Assembly: GCA_963823665.1 (NCBI GenBank)
Contig: CAWGMQ010000004.1
Coordinates: 512,001 to 576,000 of the forward strand
DNA length: 64,000 bases
Direction of reading: 5' to 3'
Source of the DNA: an uncultured Planctomycetota bacterium
GTDB lineage: Bacteria > Planctomycetota > Planctomycetia > Isosphaerales > Isosphaeraceae
The notes under the pieces were generated by a model. That model saw nothing but the letters and a program-made list of their open reading frames with translations. It was not told the DNA's origin and made no database searches. A program made the position numbers and the translations under genes. Numbering within the stretch: the first letter of the stretch is position 1; each line of letters opens with the position of its first letter. This document shows positions 63,578 through 64,000 of the stretch, one piece after another.

Positions 63578-64000
63578 GGTTCTCTTTCCTTTCGCGATCG
63601 GGTTGCTCCTAGCTGATCGAGATCGCCCCGCCGGAGAAACCAACTAGACCGTCTGTTATTACTCAAGGGCGAACCGCGAGGTTTCACGGTCTTGGTCGAT
63701 TCTTGAATGAATCGCGATGATCGGCAGAACTTGGGGCTGAGTGGAAACTGGACGGTTGAGATGCACTTTCGCGGAGCGAAAGGCAACAATCTCGCAGTCG
63801 GCTCGTGCGTGAGCCCGTGAGTTCGGCGGCGAGGGGTCCTGGGACGCGCGAGGCGACTTCCGTACGTTCGGATGCCCGTTTGTTCGCGCTGCGCAGTGCG
63901 ACCCGCGTTATCGGAACTCGGTTCATCAAAAAAGCCGGAATCTTCGGGGGCCGGCGCGAAAAAACCTGGGCGTTTTGTAGATCATTTAGGGTAGGGAGCA

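Overview
GC-rich bacterial DNA, most likely Planctomycetota (inferred from LExRxLL export signals and an ECF sigma / Ser-Thr kinase pair). Almost the whole window is accessory DNA at a tRNA-Leu(CAA) integration hotspot. A ~211-bp direct repeat (22773-22983 and 61629-61839; arm-type repeats, a sigma70-like promoter and a 5'-truncated tRNA-Leu) brackets a ~38.9-kb integrative mobilisable element. That element carries a tyrosine integrase, a Xis-like gene, a VirD4-like coupling protein, a MOBF relaxase with a candidate oriT, and a DarB-like methylase-helicase. Its cargo is an SNF2-Mod-Res-Mod type III RM locus, a resolvase with its site, an N6-MTase + nuclease pair, an IS110 remnant and a complete iteron plasmid replicon (repA, parA, RHH gene). 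No mating-pair (VirB) genes were seen. Bases 1-22.9 kb look like the right part of a related tandem element: two decayed helicase tails, an ECF/kinase pair, a giant RHS surface protein, other exported proteins and a 14-blade WD40 protein. Right of the element is an exported thioredoxin-like gene split by an in-frame UGA (candidate selenoprotein). Nine frameshifts are all single-base insertions and are probably sequencing errors. All family assignments are from motif recognition by eye, not database searches.
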